This document shows positions 12,078-25,350 of a stretch of DNA of 64,000 nucleotides, one piece after another (position 1 is the first letter of the stretch; each line of letters begins with the position of its first letter). The translations under genes and the position numbers were made by a program. The DNA is taken from contig OZ234493.1 in NCBI GenBank assembly GCA_965153455.1, positions 7,430,213 through 7,494,212 on the forward strand. The letters run 5' to 3'. Source of the stretch: Sphagnum compactum. Its lineage: Eukaryota. The notes under the pieces are model-generated. The model had not been told where the DNA came from and searched no databases. It saw nothing but the letters and a program-made list of their open reading frames with translations.

Positions 12078-13039
12078 CAAGATTTGCACTTGGAATTCAG
12101 GCAGTCAGCTACTGAAAATTGCATTTAATCCAGTCCTTCTGTTTCTTGGGGGGGGCCCTGATTCAGAATGGCAGCCAGCAACCAATCTCATAATTGATCC
12201 AGAAATGGTTATCTGCCAAATGCTTGTTCCAAAGCTTCCAGTTTGCCTTATGCAAACTTCTGATCACATAACCCTTCTCACTTTCTCCTTCCTCTCCACA
12301 ATTCTATATACCCTCAAAAAACCTCTTGTATTTCTTCTGTCCATCCTTACCACTCTACTACACTGCCATGTTTTTGCAATAATCTACCATCTGGTTGCTT
12401 GGCCAGCTTCTTAAAAATGTTGGATTCCATCCTCCTGTATTGAAAGGTGCTTGCATGAGATCTCCTGCAGAAAGAAGTAAAATGAAAAGAAAAATGGAGA
12501 TTAAAGAAGTTCAGCAATTGGGTCAAAGCAAACAGCAATTGAAAGCAATCCAAGACTTTTTCAAGAGCACATGGGCATAGTCTTCTGCCACATTCAAAAA
12601 CCCAACAAAGCAGAAACTCTATATGATCCAATCTCAACCAGTTTTCATTGAGCATACTCAACAGTTCCCCCTCAAACTTCTATTCCAAACATCCAGTTTA
12701 CTCTTCCAAAACACATGATGCATTCTTCCCTAGATTTTCCTCATTGAAAAAAAAACTCAGAAACAAATTGTAAACTCTAATCACCATCAGAGCTTCTTCA
12801 ACTCCTCCTCCTCCTCCTATCAATTCAGAGAGAGTGAAGCTTCTGTGCTTACTTACTAACTTGCCTCCTTCCCTTGACCCCTTTTCTCATATGCAGCACC
12901 CACTCACTCACCCACCCACCCAACAACCTTCCTTCCTTCTTGACATTGCCAATTGCTGATTAGCCATAATCAAGCTCATCTTCTGTTTTATTGTCATCTG
13001 ATGCTGAGCTTCTCTTCAACCACCCACCAACCCAAAACA

Positions 13040-13740
13040 CACTCTCACTCTCTCTCTCTCTCTTTTCTCAAGGCTTCTTTCTCATCATGCGCAAAATTGC
13101 AGCTTCCTCCTCCAGCTCAAACAACAATTGTTTTTGCTGCTGCTGGTGCTGCTGGTGGGTACTACACAAAAGCATTTTGCATACAAAGCAACTAAAAGCT
13201 TTTAGGGTTCTACCAGTGATCTTTTTGCTGATGACTTGGCTCTAATCAATCATACTTGCTCCTATAACAACACACTCATCCCCTCCATTCCTCTCTCTCT
13301 CCCCCCCCCCCCCCCCCTTTCCCCCCAAACCCACAACAGTAATCCTCACTCCAACTCTGCCACTCCCTACCCAAATAAAACACACACACACAAAAGAGGA
13401 ACATACTCTCCAAACTTCAAGTAACCTCTTCCTTGTAATATTTTTTCAACTACCCAATTCTTTTATCTTCTTTTTTTGTCCCCTCTCTCTCTCTCTCTCT
13501 CCCTCTCAAGTTTTGTGCTTTTTTCTTTTTTGTTGTTGTTGTTGGATTCCTGATCTGTTGGAAAGGGAGGATTAATGCATCTCTCCTCTTTCCCTCCCCC
13601 CCCCCCAAATCCACACAAAACATGCTCACTAACACATATGAAGATTGTTCTCAGTCATTGCCACACACTAAAACTTATGGAAGATGTTCTTTCACACCCC
13701 CCTCTCCTCTCTCTCTCTTTCTCCCCCCTCCCCTCCCCCC
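13040..13740 (-). promoter_or_regulatory. Probable promoter/5' UTR of the DML gene with (GA/CT)n and poly-C/G tracts
   Basis: (CT)n runs at about 13045, 13290, 13482 and 13703, and C-runs at about 13301 and 13596, upstream of a 5' UTR acceptor near 12465 and a GTAAGT donor near 12855. TSS not determined. Confidence 0.45.
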
Positions 13741-15517
13741 CAAGTAATTGTGTGCCATTACTGAGCTAACACTTTTTTTTGTTGCTAGTGATGAAGGTGA
13801 TGGGATGTAAAAGCAAAGAACAAAGTGTAACCTTGAGTTTAAATTTTTTTTTTTTTTTTTTAGTGGTCCTTTTTCTTCCTTTTTCTTTTCTCAAAGGTGA
13901 AAACAGGATTGATGAATGATAAATCAATGGAGACTCAAATTGAATCTAGGAACAATGTCCTACTTCACATCAAGCAAAGTACACCAGCCACAATACATTT
14001 GGACTATAGATCTAGTAATTTGCATGAAATTCAAGTACTCATTTAAGTATTATGTTGTTTTTGCTATGATTCTCCTTTTTAAAAAGTATATATTTTGTTG
14101 CTCTTTTCACATATTATTATCCAATTATGATATATATATATATATCACATTTTTTTTACATTGAAATGGATGAGACCATATCTTCTTTTTTTGTGTGATA
14201 ATACCATAGTACCTTGATGATTTCAGCACAATTTTTTAAAAATAAAAAATGCTAAAATTTGTAAAAAATATTTTTTCCCAAAAGAAATTTTATGAAGAAA
14301 ATTGAAAAAATATTTTGAAATGTTTGGCAATATTTTAGTTTTGGAAATAGAATTCTCAAAATTAATCAACTGTTCAACAAAAATGTGTTAAAGTTCCCTT
14401 ATTTACGTTGTTGTTGTTCTTATTTTTTCAATGGTACTTATGAAATAAGCATCTCCACCCTAAGCATTTGTTACATTTACCCATGTAACAATAATAAATA
14501 GTGTTGGCCATCATATGCCATTTTGGCATTCCCCCCCCTTCATATCATATCATATCAAGACTGTAGAAAAGATCTCAACCATGAAAAAAAATAATTCCAT
14601 CTTTTACATTGTGGTCCAAATATAGAGGTTTATAAGTATCTTTTGTTAACATTCAACAACACATTGAACAAGTGCAATGACACCACCTATGGGAGGAGAA
14701 AGTGAATTAGTTCCATTCATTAAAATGTCAAACTGGCAATAACTAAATACCCAAAAAGGAAAAACATCTATGTGCATCATTTTTACATCTCACAAGATTT
14801 GAAAACGATCAATTATAAGAAATTTCACCTTCTAGGATTGAATTTGCAAACATTACAATTAAACTTGTTCTAGTTTTTGTGCTTACAAGGCAACTAGATT
14901 GTAGCAGAGGAGGTGGGATGCGATTATAAATCACATTGGGAAGTTTGTAAGGAACTTTGGAGTTGTCCAAGCATCTACAAATTTAGAACTATCATTAAGA
15001 CGATGTTTTGGAAAAGGTTCTAGAATTATACAAGTTAAAACATACAAAAGATTGAATATTTACCTTCATTCAATGTTGGTTGATTTTGTGAGATATCTTT
15101 AGTTGAGTAGATTTCCATCATGATACACAAAACTTGCATTGTAATTTAAGAAACAAACATTAATAAATTTGAGATTACAAATGTTGAAGCTATGGTTGCC
15201 AATCCACAAAGAACAAAAATAACAAAAGAGACAGAATAAATGGTGAAAATGAAGGAATGTTGTGAAAACTCAAGCCCAAGCTACATAATAACACATGATT
15301 CCAACCATATTCAAGAATATCACAATTTTAAAAGGTTAAAATTTTATGGCACTTTTCACGATGCTAGAAAACTTGTTGCAAAATGAAGAAGTTTGTGAGT
15401 ATTTCAATTTATGAGCTCCTAAAAGCAAAAAAAAACTTGGAGAACTTTGACTTTGATTTTAATAACATGTTGTGAGTTTATAATAACTTTAGGTCTACAA
15501 CAACCTACAACTCCCTT

Positions 15518-16268
15518 GGGCATATTCACAATCATGGTACCCAAAAGGATGGTCTAATTAAAAAAAGACTACAAAGGATTATTTTGGATTTTTATTATAT
15601 TTATTATTTAATGATTATAATGGATTGGTATATGACTATAATTAAAATGATGTCAAGTTAGTTTAATAAAAAAATCCAAGAATAAATTGGATATAATATT
15701 GATGTCCTTTTGAGTCCTTTTAAACAATTTGAATCCTTGTTTTAATTGTAATTTTCATTTTAAACAAATGAAAAAAAATGTATTAAACAATGCAATTGAT
15801 TTCAATTTTCTTTCATGGATGAGTAATGCATACATCTATGTTTGGCAATGTTCATATAATGCATTTGCTTAAATAATGTAGAATAAAGTTTTTTTGAAGG
15901 CAATAAAATCCATTCTACAAGCAAAATAATTCCTTTTTTCCCCCATTTGGTTGATTTTTTCTATTCATTAGGCCTAAAATTTGTGGCCCTAAATGTTGAC
16001 AAAATGTGGATGAAATTTTCATGCAAGGAAACATGTTAAATTATATATAAAAACTTATGTATTCATTTTTTGCATTTTGGCATAAATATTTATGCATAAT
16101 TACATACACATGTGAAAAACCACCACCACCATGAAAACTATCATAATTTGAATTATCCAATATCTCTCATTTAAATTTATTCCATTTAGATTTGTATTTA
16201 AAAGATAGCAAAAACAAAGTTTTTGAGTCTTGTGGCAAAAAAGTGGTACCCTGATTATGAATATGCCC
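15518..16268. mobile_element. Non-autonomous TIR element (MITE-like), about 750 bp
   Basis: Left end gggcatattcacaatcatggtacc; the right end reverse-complements to gggcatattcataatcagggtacc. The interior is AT-rich and non-coding. TSD not resolved. Confidence 0.7.
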
Positions 16269-16334
16269 CCTTACAATGCATCAACACATCCACAACAAAT
16301 GGCACCTAACAAAATGTCTCCATTAGCACCAAGG

Positions 16335-16610
16335 TTTTTTTTCAATTTCATGAGGAAGGTGGATTAGTGTTCCTTCATAAGAAGATTTAGCCAAATATAG
16401 CTACAATTCAAAGAAACATATATATATATATATATATAGAAACTATGTTATTTATTAGTAAATTGTAAGGATCTATAGTCTAAAGATGTTGATCCCAACA
16501 GTTTTTCCTAGAATTGTGGTGAATTTGAAGGATTTTTCTTTAAAATCTTTTGTAAAAGTCACAAGCCTTCTTTTTTGTTGTCAAGTGGTGAAATTTCACC
16601 CAAAAAAATA
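16335..16610 (+). repeat. Dispersed repeat family A copy, older, with an (AT)n tract
   Basis: tttttcaatttcatgagg...gaagatttagccaaatatagctacaa...gtcaagtggtgaaatttcacccaaaaaaa parallels 5190-5460. Confidence 0.6.
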
Positions 16611-17765
16611 TTAATAATCATTAGTTGAGAAAAATGTTGGGCAAATATATTATTTTAATGTATTAGCAAGGTAAATGTATATTCAATTTCTTTAAAAAAA
16701 CATACATTAGCTAGGTAGAGTATATGAAAATTTCAAAAATATACACCAACTGAACAAGGTATATATGTTTTAAAAACTTTAGTCTTTGTATGGGTAAAAG
16801 ACCACGATTTTTCCTTTTATAGGATAAAAATAAAGATACATATTTATTATTTTTTCAAAGTTCATCATTATGTTCTTACTTGCATATACTTACATGGATA
16901 GAGGACAAAGGAAATAATCATGTTTACAACCTACACCACTAACTCTAACATGTTTCATAGGATGATTTACAATTGACATAAAATTTAATAATGGAAAATG
17001 AAAGGCTTGAAATTTTGTTTCATTGTAGGTGCTGTGAACCCGCAAATGTTCAATGAATGTACATTTCATTGAACAAATTTGTGCATTACCATTCTTTATT
17101 TCTTCTACTCCATTTTAATTGCATATTTTTCAAAACTTGTTCAAAATCCATCCATGTTAAACAACATCTTTGCACAATCTTTATCACCTTCATCATTGTT
17201 CAACTTAATGGAAATTCTACTAAGCAAAGTTTACTATCATGCAAGTCCATGTCAAAATGCACAACAATGTAAGTAATCAAAGAATGTGAGCAAGGACTGG
17301 CAATCACAAAATGAGAACAAAAAGTGATGATCAAAAAATGAAAAGAAGAAATGATGATTCACATAATAGAAAAAACAAAAAATAGATCTTTATGTTACAT
17401 GAAAACATGAAGTGTACAAATTTTGTATTCCCAAATGGAATTTAAGAACATTTACAACAATGGATTGAATCACATTTAAATAAATACCCAAAAACACAAA
17501 ACATATTTGTTAACCTTAACATAATTTCAACAAGAATATTTAATGTATTGAATAGGAAAGACATCTCAAGATGAAACATTTCAGGCAACCACCCCATAGG
17601 CATCCATTCAATAAACTTATCCATGTTTTCTTTCGTATGAAACTAGTACTCAACTTAACAACTTGCAATGTTTTCAAATTTTCAATCCATTTCCATAAAA
17701 CTACCTAAGTTCTAAAATGTTATTAAAAGATCGATTACATTTTATTTTTCATTTTCATTCTTGCC

Positions 17766-18327
17766 TTTGTACAATATGAAACATCACAACTACCACCACA
17801 ATCTTCAAATAATGTCTCGTATTTAAGATCATTCTGATTAATATGTCTAATGCTACTGAAAGGGTTGTCTTCTACAAAAGTGGGAACATTAAGTTTTGAA
17901 GACTAAAAAGCCTCTAAGTAAGGTAAAACAACTCCCAGCAAATAATTATTGTTATCTCTAATAGAATTTTCAAATGTCTTAACAAAAATCACATTAGATG
18001 GCCCATTGAAAAGACTCTTATATGGGGTATTGTCAACAAGCAAAATATTCATTCTCACCTTTGTACGATATGAAACATCACAATTGCCACCATAATCTTC
18101 AAATAATGTCTTGTATTTAGGATCATTCCGACTAATACGTTTAATGTTATCGAAAGGGTTGTCCTCTACAAAAGTGGGAACACTGAGTCTTGAAGATTGA
18201 AGAGCCCAACTCCCAACAAATAATTATTGTTATCTCTAACAAAGTTCTCAAATGTCTTGACAAAAATCACATTAAATGGTCCATTGAAAAGACTCTTATA
18301 TGGGGTATTATCAACAAGCAAGGTATT
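17766..18327. repeat. Diverged tandem duplication, unit about 290 bp (about 17766-18059 and 18060-18327)
   Basis: Both copies start tttgtac[a/g]atatgaaacatcacaa and share gaaagggttgtc, ctacaaaagtgggaaca, ataattattgttatctctaa and ccattgaaaagactcttatatggggtatt. Confidence 0.92.
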
Positions 18328-18600
18328 CCTAGCACACGCAGCTAAATATTTAGGAAAGAAAACATCCAAATTCTTGTGAAAAACATGATTTTCATGATTG
18401 GAGGACAAAAATGAGCATTTTTTGTGCAAGTCTTTTGGCCAAGTATCTTAGATAGGTCAATATCGATTTCCGATTTCACATTTGATTTGATCCAAATAAT
18501 TATCAATGTTGTGGTGTTGGGTTGTAGACCATATGTACACAATAAACTACACCATACACCTTTCTGGGATTTTTCTCAATCTAAGCCTCAAAACAACAAT
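17766..18600 (-). pseudogene. Decayed FCP1/NIF-type HAD phosphatase-domain sequence with its 3' part tandemly duplicated
   Basis: Minus-strand translation gives IVVLRLRLRKIPERCMV*FIVYIWSTTQHHNID and HVFHKNLDVFF...RNTLLVDNTPYKSLFNGPFNVIFVKTF, resembling the recalled 'RP..EFL...F.V.IWSS' and 'NTLLxDDSPYK' motifs of plant FCP1-homology proteins. Stops and frameshifts are present. Confidence 0.6.
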
Positions 18601-21600
18601 TTGAATCGGAATGGGGGGTCTCCAATATCGGCTTACAAGGCCCATCTCTCTAACCTATCTGGAACCTTGTAGCGACAATCCATTTAGGTTGGATATAACA
18701 TTAACACGACTCATTTCAAGAGATGGCAAACCAACCATAGGACCCGAAGATGAAGGCAACCTTGCTTTCCCATCAACGCGCTTGAAATATTGCTGAAGTA
18801 TCTACATCCTTAGTAACCCCATTGAGTGGGGTAATCTTCAACAATATTTCTTCATGTGAATTAAGTGCCATTTCAATAACCTACGGAAACATAAGACTAA
18901 TTGTACTTTTGATTCCTATGTCATGAAGGGTCAATATAAACATCACAAAAAAAAATTTCCCCATAAGAACATTCGATCAAACGTCATAAATTTTAGATTC
19001 GTTAACTCACTTTAACCTCCATTGTTGATAAAACACATCCAAAACTTGGCAAGGTATTGATTGCCCAGTCCACTAAATTCCTTATTATATTCAATAAGAT
19101 GGGTGCGGATGAACTCAAATGAGCCAAAATTGAGGTCAAAATGTTAATTTTTTTGCAATTCTTATTACATTTGTCTATGTGGTGCCATTTTAATGGCATG
19201 TGAATCATGGAAAAATGTGTTTATTCAATAATGTGGAGATTGAAAATCTAAAATGAATCAAACAAAATTTCAATATCAAAGTTTGGTTTGAATAAAGGAT
19301 GTTTAACAACTTCATTCAATGACACTACTTTCATAAAGGGCCCCTTAATTTTCATAATATAATTTATTTCATCCTCAATTTTTTTATATTAATAAAATAC
19401 TATTAGACACATTTAAAAAAATTCAAATTTTCATATTTTTTCAATTTTGTGTTTATCAAAAATTAAGGTTTATAAAAGTTCATGAGTCTTTTTCGACATG
19501 TAAATGTGATACAATGTATATGTTGTTTAAAGGAACCTTGTAGCTTACAACATAAAAAATTACACTTGAAAATGTTAATGTTTTGGTATGATTTAAAATT
19601 ATGACAAATTTTCAAGATGAAACAAACAAGATGAAATCTGGCAAAATTTGTGCACTTTCAAAAATTTGTATTTCTCCAAATTTGATTATAAATAACATAT
19701 GACATATTGGGGCAACTATAAATACAATATATATAAATAGTTCCAAAACATTTAATTTGAAATTTGTTTTTTAGGAAAATATGTTTTTTTGAAAAAAAAA
19801 ACCCCAAAAAAGACAATAGTCCTAAATGTAAAATAAACACATTAGTTCGTTATATGTCGTTTGGACCCAAATGCCCCAATTCTTACATATGTTTCGAACA
19901 TTCAACACCTTTCTTTAGTCGCAATGGAAAAGAAGACAACACTAAAGGTGACTTTACGCATGTTGAAGTTGAACACCGGCTTTCAATGGAACACCTTCTA
20001 CAGGACAAATCTTGGGAATTCAACCATTCTCACAATGAATCTTATTTACACCCAACCTTGTTTTGCTTCAAACAATCTTTTAAACAAATATTAAATTTAT
20101 ACCTATCAAATCTTCATCAAAGTTTGTGCGAAACCTTGGACCGCCATCCTTGCCAAAGGACTCCAGCTTGCACCTTGCTAATGCAACATTGAACGCCTTC
20201 AAAATCAATAGATTCTTCATCAATAGGGCCTTTAATTTGCGTTTCATGGTCTATTTACCTAACAAAAACAATTTCAGCATAGCCTTCCTAATGGAAAGAA
20301 CTTGGTTTCATACATTTCAATACAAAATAAATATAAATGGGACCTCCTAAATAAAAAATTTCAACACCATTTACAATAGCTTCAACAATATTCAAAACAT
20401 TCTCTCAACCGCACCAATCTCATTGCACATCCAAGTTAAAACATTAAAACAAAACTACAAGAATGGAAAAGCCAACATTAGAACTAAAATATTTCAAACT
20501 TGAAAAATTCAGGTGGCATTCGATTCCAAACACATTCAAAAAATTTCTTGGAACACAAACAAATGTGTTAAAATCGGATGGTCACCCACCACCCAATAAT
20601 TTGACCTTGAAAGATAACATGTTTAGAAATGGGTAGCCGCCTAATTTTAACCACTGAACAAAAAAACACGGGTTTAGAAGACGTGGGATTAAACTAGTGT
20701 GGGATTTTACATTCACTAGACTTTTATTAGTGGGAGAATGGAGTAACGCAAACTATGATAATATGGAATCCATGGGAACAAAATTATCCTCAATAATTAC
20801 ACCTTATACATGGATAATACAAACTGAAAATTCCCTACGTAATCTTCTTTTTTGGGTTCATGTCCTCTAGGTGAGGAAGGTTAAACATCTGTTCACATGT
20901 GTTAAATGCAAGAATTTGTTCCTTGATTGAACTATCCTTATTGACATTGAAACTAAAAGTAGGAATTCCGACCTATTCTTATCTAAGATTCCCAATGCAA
21001 TCTTTAAAATCCAAATCATCTTCGACATTCTTTTGGTGGACACCTTACTTACTTCAAGGTCTCTTTATAAGTGTAGGGATCATCACTTCTTGCGCCCATA
21101 CTTGATTAGGTCCATTTCTAGTTGGTCTCTTTTTAGTTATATGACCTGAGCTCTTTGATGTCCCTGCTTCACTATCCAACTGGGATTTCTTTGATGATTT
21201 TTTTATATCCCCAAATTCATTGCTTCTCATGGTGTCCTCCTCTTTACAATCAACTTGTTCTTCTTGGTTTTTAGAATTATCATCATTATCTGTGTCCTAT
21301 AGATCGAGTTCATTGTTTGAATGAGTATGTACCTTAGAGACCATTCGCAAACAAATTGAAGCTACTTCCTTGCCTTTTGGACCAAATCCAAAAGGCAAAA
21401 GATTAAAAAACTTTCCATTTTAACTCCTACAAAGTAACAACACACACAGTGGAAATCAAAATTCTTTCACGAAAACAATGAGAGTACAAATTTGTACATA
21501 AAGTCAAGGAATCAGCTTACCAATGTAAGAAGTGAGAGTGCACCACCACCATACATATTGACGATGGAGACTTTGTTTGAGAGCAATGGAAGAAAGATAC

Positions 21601-23269
21601 TGCAAAGTGCTTCTAGGCAAACCTCCTGTTTATAAACTTGGCATATGTCTGTGTGCGTTGAATCCTTTCCTAGGATTGCATTGGGAAGGCGGTTGTTTCA
21701 TAATGTCTTTTTTACAACACCCTTTCCAGCACTCTTTCAAGACAAATAGACGAAGAAAAGGAGTGGGCTCTTGAAAATTATAATACACCCACTTGGGAGC
21801 TCCTCCGGCCGTGGAGACTAGGTTCCAATCTCATATTTTATGTACATGAATCGACTACAATTTTATGAATTGTAGACATTAAATACCCAAATGACTCTTT
21901 TTCACATATACACACCCACACATTGATGTGTATCGTGCAATCCTTTGGTCCACCAAGGACACTTTCCCATTTGTCCCCTTTCCAAATAGTCAACTCCTTC
22001 GAATTGTTAGTAATGCAAAGCACATCAATGGTTTTAGTTGCATGTTGTTGAAAGAAATCAACAATTCTTTCAAAATCAAGAATCTCCTATAATGTAGGCA
22101 TGTTTACAATCTCCTAGCACCTATAGGAGTTCTTGAGGACAAGTGCATTTCACAAGCACGCCCTCAAAATTTTTGTTGGATTTCCAATTTTTCAAGGTAT
22201 CCATAAATGATTTTGGGGTAGGATCCTTAGATGGATTCAGCTTCAATTTGTTAATGATTGTTTTTTGAACATCAACTGTAATTCCAAGATTGTAAACAAT
22301 TGATTGTTATAATCATTAGTGCAACCTCCACCTCCTTCCACTCCTTCATGCTGTAGGTACTTCTGAATGAAATTGGTCTTGGGAAGTTGTGGTGCTATCA
22401 TGGATGCCAATGCTATGGGGTTCATTTTTTTGAATGTTCATCCATGATTTGTATTAAACTTTTTATTCTGGGTAAACTTTATGGTATTTAAGATTTTTGA
22501 ATTATCAACTTGAGTAAGGGTATGAGTAAGTAACCACAATTATCTTATTTGCAAGTTAAAGATAAGGACAAACATTTGTTTTTACCATTTCATTTACCAA
22601 CTATTTGGACATAAAGGGGCAAATGTACGACAAAGGGTAAATAAGAATGTTTACAATATTAAACACATCAATAAGGAAATTAGTTATGCAAATATTATTG
22701 CAAACATGGACACATAATATTGTCAACATCAAACCAAATTTGCAAAAATAAAAATAAAACTTTAAATGGTTTTTTGAAAGAATTGTTATTAGGGGAAAAT
22801 GGTAGCACAATTTAAAAGTTCCAAAGGTATAAGTTACCTTATTTAAGGCGATAACTACAAACACAAAAAAAATGTATTTTTCAAATCAACATAATTCAAA
22901 TTAGTTGAATTGTAAAAAATGGGATGCCCAAAAAAATTCATTAGTTCATAATCTCTCAACACCCCAAGTAGTTATCCATATGCACACAAGTTGAAACAAA
23001 TGTGTGTAATTTTATGAAGTTTGTTTCTTGAATACATTGTCATTGCATTAGCAAATTCCGACTACACTTTTGAAACCTTATATTTTCATATTATAATCTT
23101 GGCATTGCCATGAATTTAATACACTAAAGGGTAAATAGCTTAATTCTTCACACCCCATTTGAATTCATAAATTTCTATTAAGGTACATGTTAAAATATGT
23201 TGTTCAAGTTTTTCATTCCTTTTATCCTATTATTAAAGAAGATAATTTGTTTGTTTTGTCAAATTGAAT

Positions 23270-24010
23270 TTCCCAAACCATGTCACCCCTTGTCATGTTC
23301 TTAATACCATTGCAAATCCCTTGATGAACACCAATGCACCAAAGGTGTTTTGTAATGTTTAGAAATATGGTATTGTAAGGGTTATTGCATTTTGAGTAAT
23401 TTTGTCAAATAAAATTCAATAAATCAAAATTCAAAATAATAGGAAAATTGGGGTGCACCTTTGGCCTCAATGGGTTGCATTTCATGGAGGCGATTTTGTA
23501 ATTTTTAAACCTAGAAGGTGTAGGAAACATTTAATTTTGAGTAAATTTTTTGATTAAAAATCAATAAAAATAATAAAATAAAAAATAAAGGGAAATTGGA
23601 TCTCAATTTTAATATAAAGAAAATGTACAATTTTCATTTCCAAAATTCATTCGATACTATAATAGTGTAGCATGTGTTGTGGGCCAAAGTGTGAATTGGT
23701 TACTTAAATTGATTTTTCCTTTGAAAACCACTTTTTGTAGTTTAGTTGAATTTCTAATGATAAAAATTACTCAAAATTCCATATATCTTACACTTGAGGT
23801 GTAAAATTTTCCAAATCACCTTTAGTAAATCTTGTTCATTGAACGCTTTCCAATAATACCAAAACATGCCCAAATTCCTTTGAATTTTTTTGATTTAAAT
23901 GATTTTTTTGTGAAACAATTGTTTGATATTCAAAACTCTTCCACCATAGGTTGAAACATAATGAAACCAACTCACTACACTCCTATTCATCAAGGGCTTT
24001 CCAAAGGATT
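23270..24010. repeat. Diverged foldback (inverted arms at about 23270-23560 and 23740-24010); related direct copy near 27230-27450
   Basis: ttgcaaatcccttgatgaac (about 23310) versus attcatcaagggctttccaa (about 23985); ttttgagtaa versus ttactcaaaa. Confidence 0.55.
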
Positions 24011-24699
24011 GGGAGGTCTGAACATTATAAACAAAACAAAACAAACAAACAACTTTTTTATATAAATAGATATGCTCAATGGCACAAGCCACACTAGTTT
24101 TCAATTATAATGACAAAGACTTATAACACCATACATCTTCATATTAAATCTACTAAGTTTAATATCTTTCCCTTTTTATTTGTTTGTCTTTTTTTTGGGT
24201 GGTTCATCAAATTTTTTGTGAAGCATGAATGTGAAGCCATTGGTGCTTCACATGTACATTTCACATCCACACATTTCAACATCTTAAACATTATTGCATT
24301 TGGAGAAATTCAAAAATTGTGTTATTTAAAAAAAAAATTCTCTTACAAAGTTTTAATACTTTACACCATGGAAAGTAAATTTTTATTATCACATTTTTTA
24401 CTCAAATTTATACACCAAATATTATAAATTTAAGGGTATAAATCTCAAATTCTCAAAAACATGACAAGCTTGATTATATCAAAGTTTGTCTTTCACACAT
24501 TTTGGGTGATGTTATATTGACAAAAACTCCAAATGCAAAAATGAAACATCATTACACATGTTCAAATCACATGGCTACATTAAATTCATTTTCAATGCTA
24601 TTTTTTTCATTAAAGTTACATCTTGTTAAATATTGGTTATTACAATTGTACTCTTATATTAAACAAAAGCATTACAACAAAAGTTAATCATAAAACAAA

Positions 24700-25350
24700 G
24701 GCAAATCCTATTCAATTAATTTTCATTAGCGTGTTAAATTTTTTGGGCATCAACCCATAATCTATGCATGCTTTGTCCCAAGCTTGCTTACCTTTGCCAT
24801 ATTTTTAGGCCATGTAATACATTTTTGAATCTTGACCACCTTTGAGCACAATCTATGCACACTAACCTTTGGAACCAAATGGACTTCATAAACTTTAATG
24901 GCAAAAACCTTTTGACCACATTTAACCTCACATCTTCCATGAAAACCTTCTATGTGAAGTGATCTTTTGTGAATGGGTTAATAGTAACAAAAAATCCACA
25001 CATGGGAATGGGTGTAATGTGAAACCTTTTACTGGTTGGTTTTCGATCATGTGTTGATCTAAGTTGACTAGCTACATGTTTTAAATACTTTACAAGCAAA
25101 GTTTTATGCTTAATCGCCACATATTTTTTCAAGATAACAATGCAAGTGGTTTTGAAATACGTAATCAAACCTTTCCAGCACCTCATGTGTAATGCAATAA
25201 TTTTAAAACCACACATGTGATTATGGAAAATTATGCATCTATGATCTGGTTGGCATTGATATATATGGGTTGGTTGTTGTTTGCTTTGAAAAAAAACCCA
25301 TATTGGAGAGTTGCATTGTTGAAGGCATATTGAAGGCATTGTTTTTTCAA
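24700..25350 (-). mobile_element. Probable hAT-like transposase remnant
   Basis: Minus strand 24720-24830 reads IQKCITWPK(frameshift)YGKGKQAWDKACIDYGLMPKKFNTLMK, similar to the segment preceding the 'PVxTR[WF]' motif of hAT-like transposases, as recalled. Heavily degraded; boundaries approximate. Confidence 0.45.

Noticed and set aside
7370-12414. Plus-strand ORFs (e.g. 7940-8419, 8797-9291, 11974-12414) overlapping the DML exons
   Set aside because: Antisense shadows of long coding exons with no recognisable motifs.
14600-15500. Possible decayed coding fragment upstream of the DML gene
   Set aside because: No motif I can assign; left unannotated.
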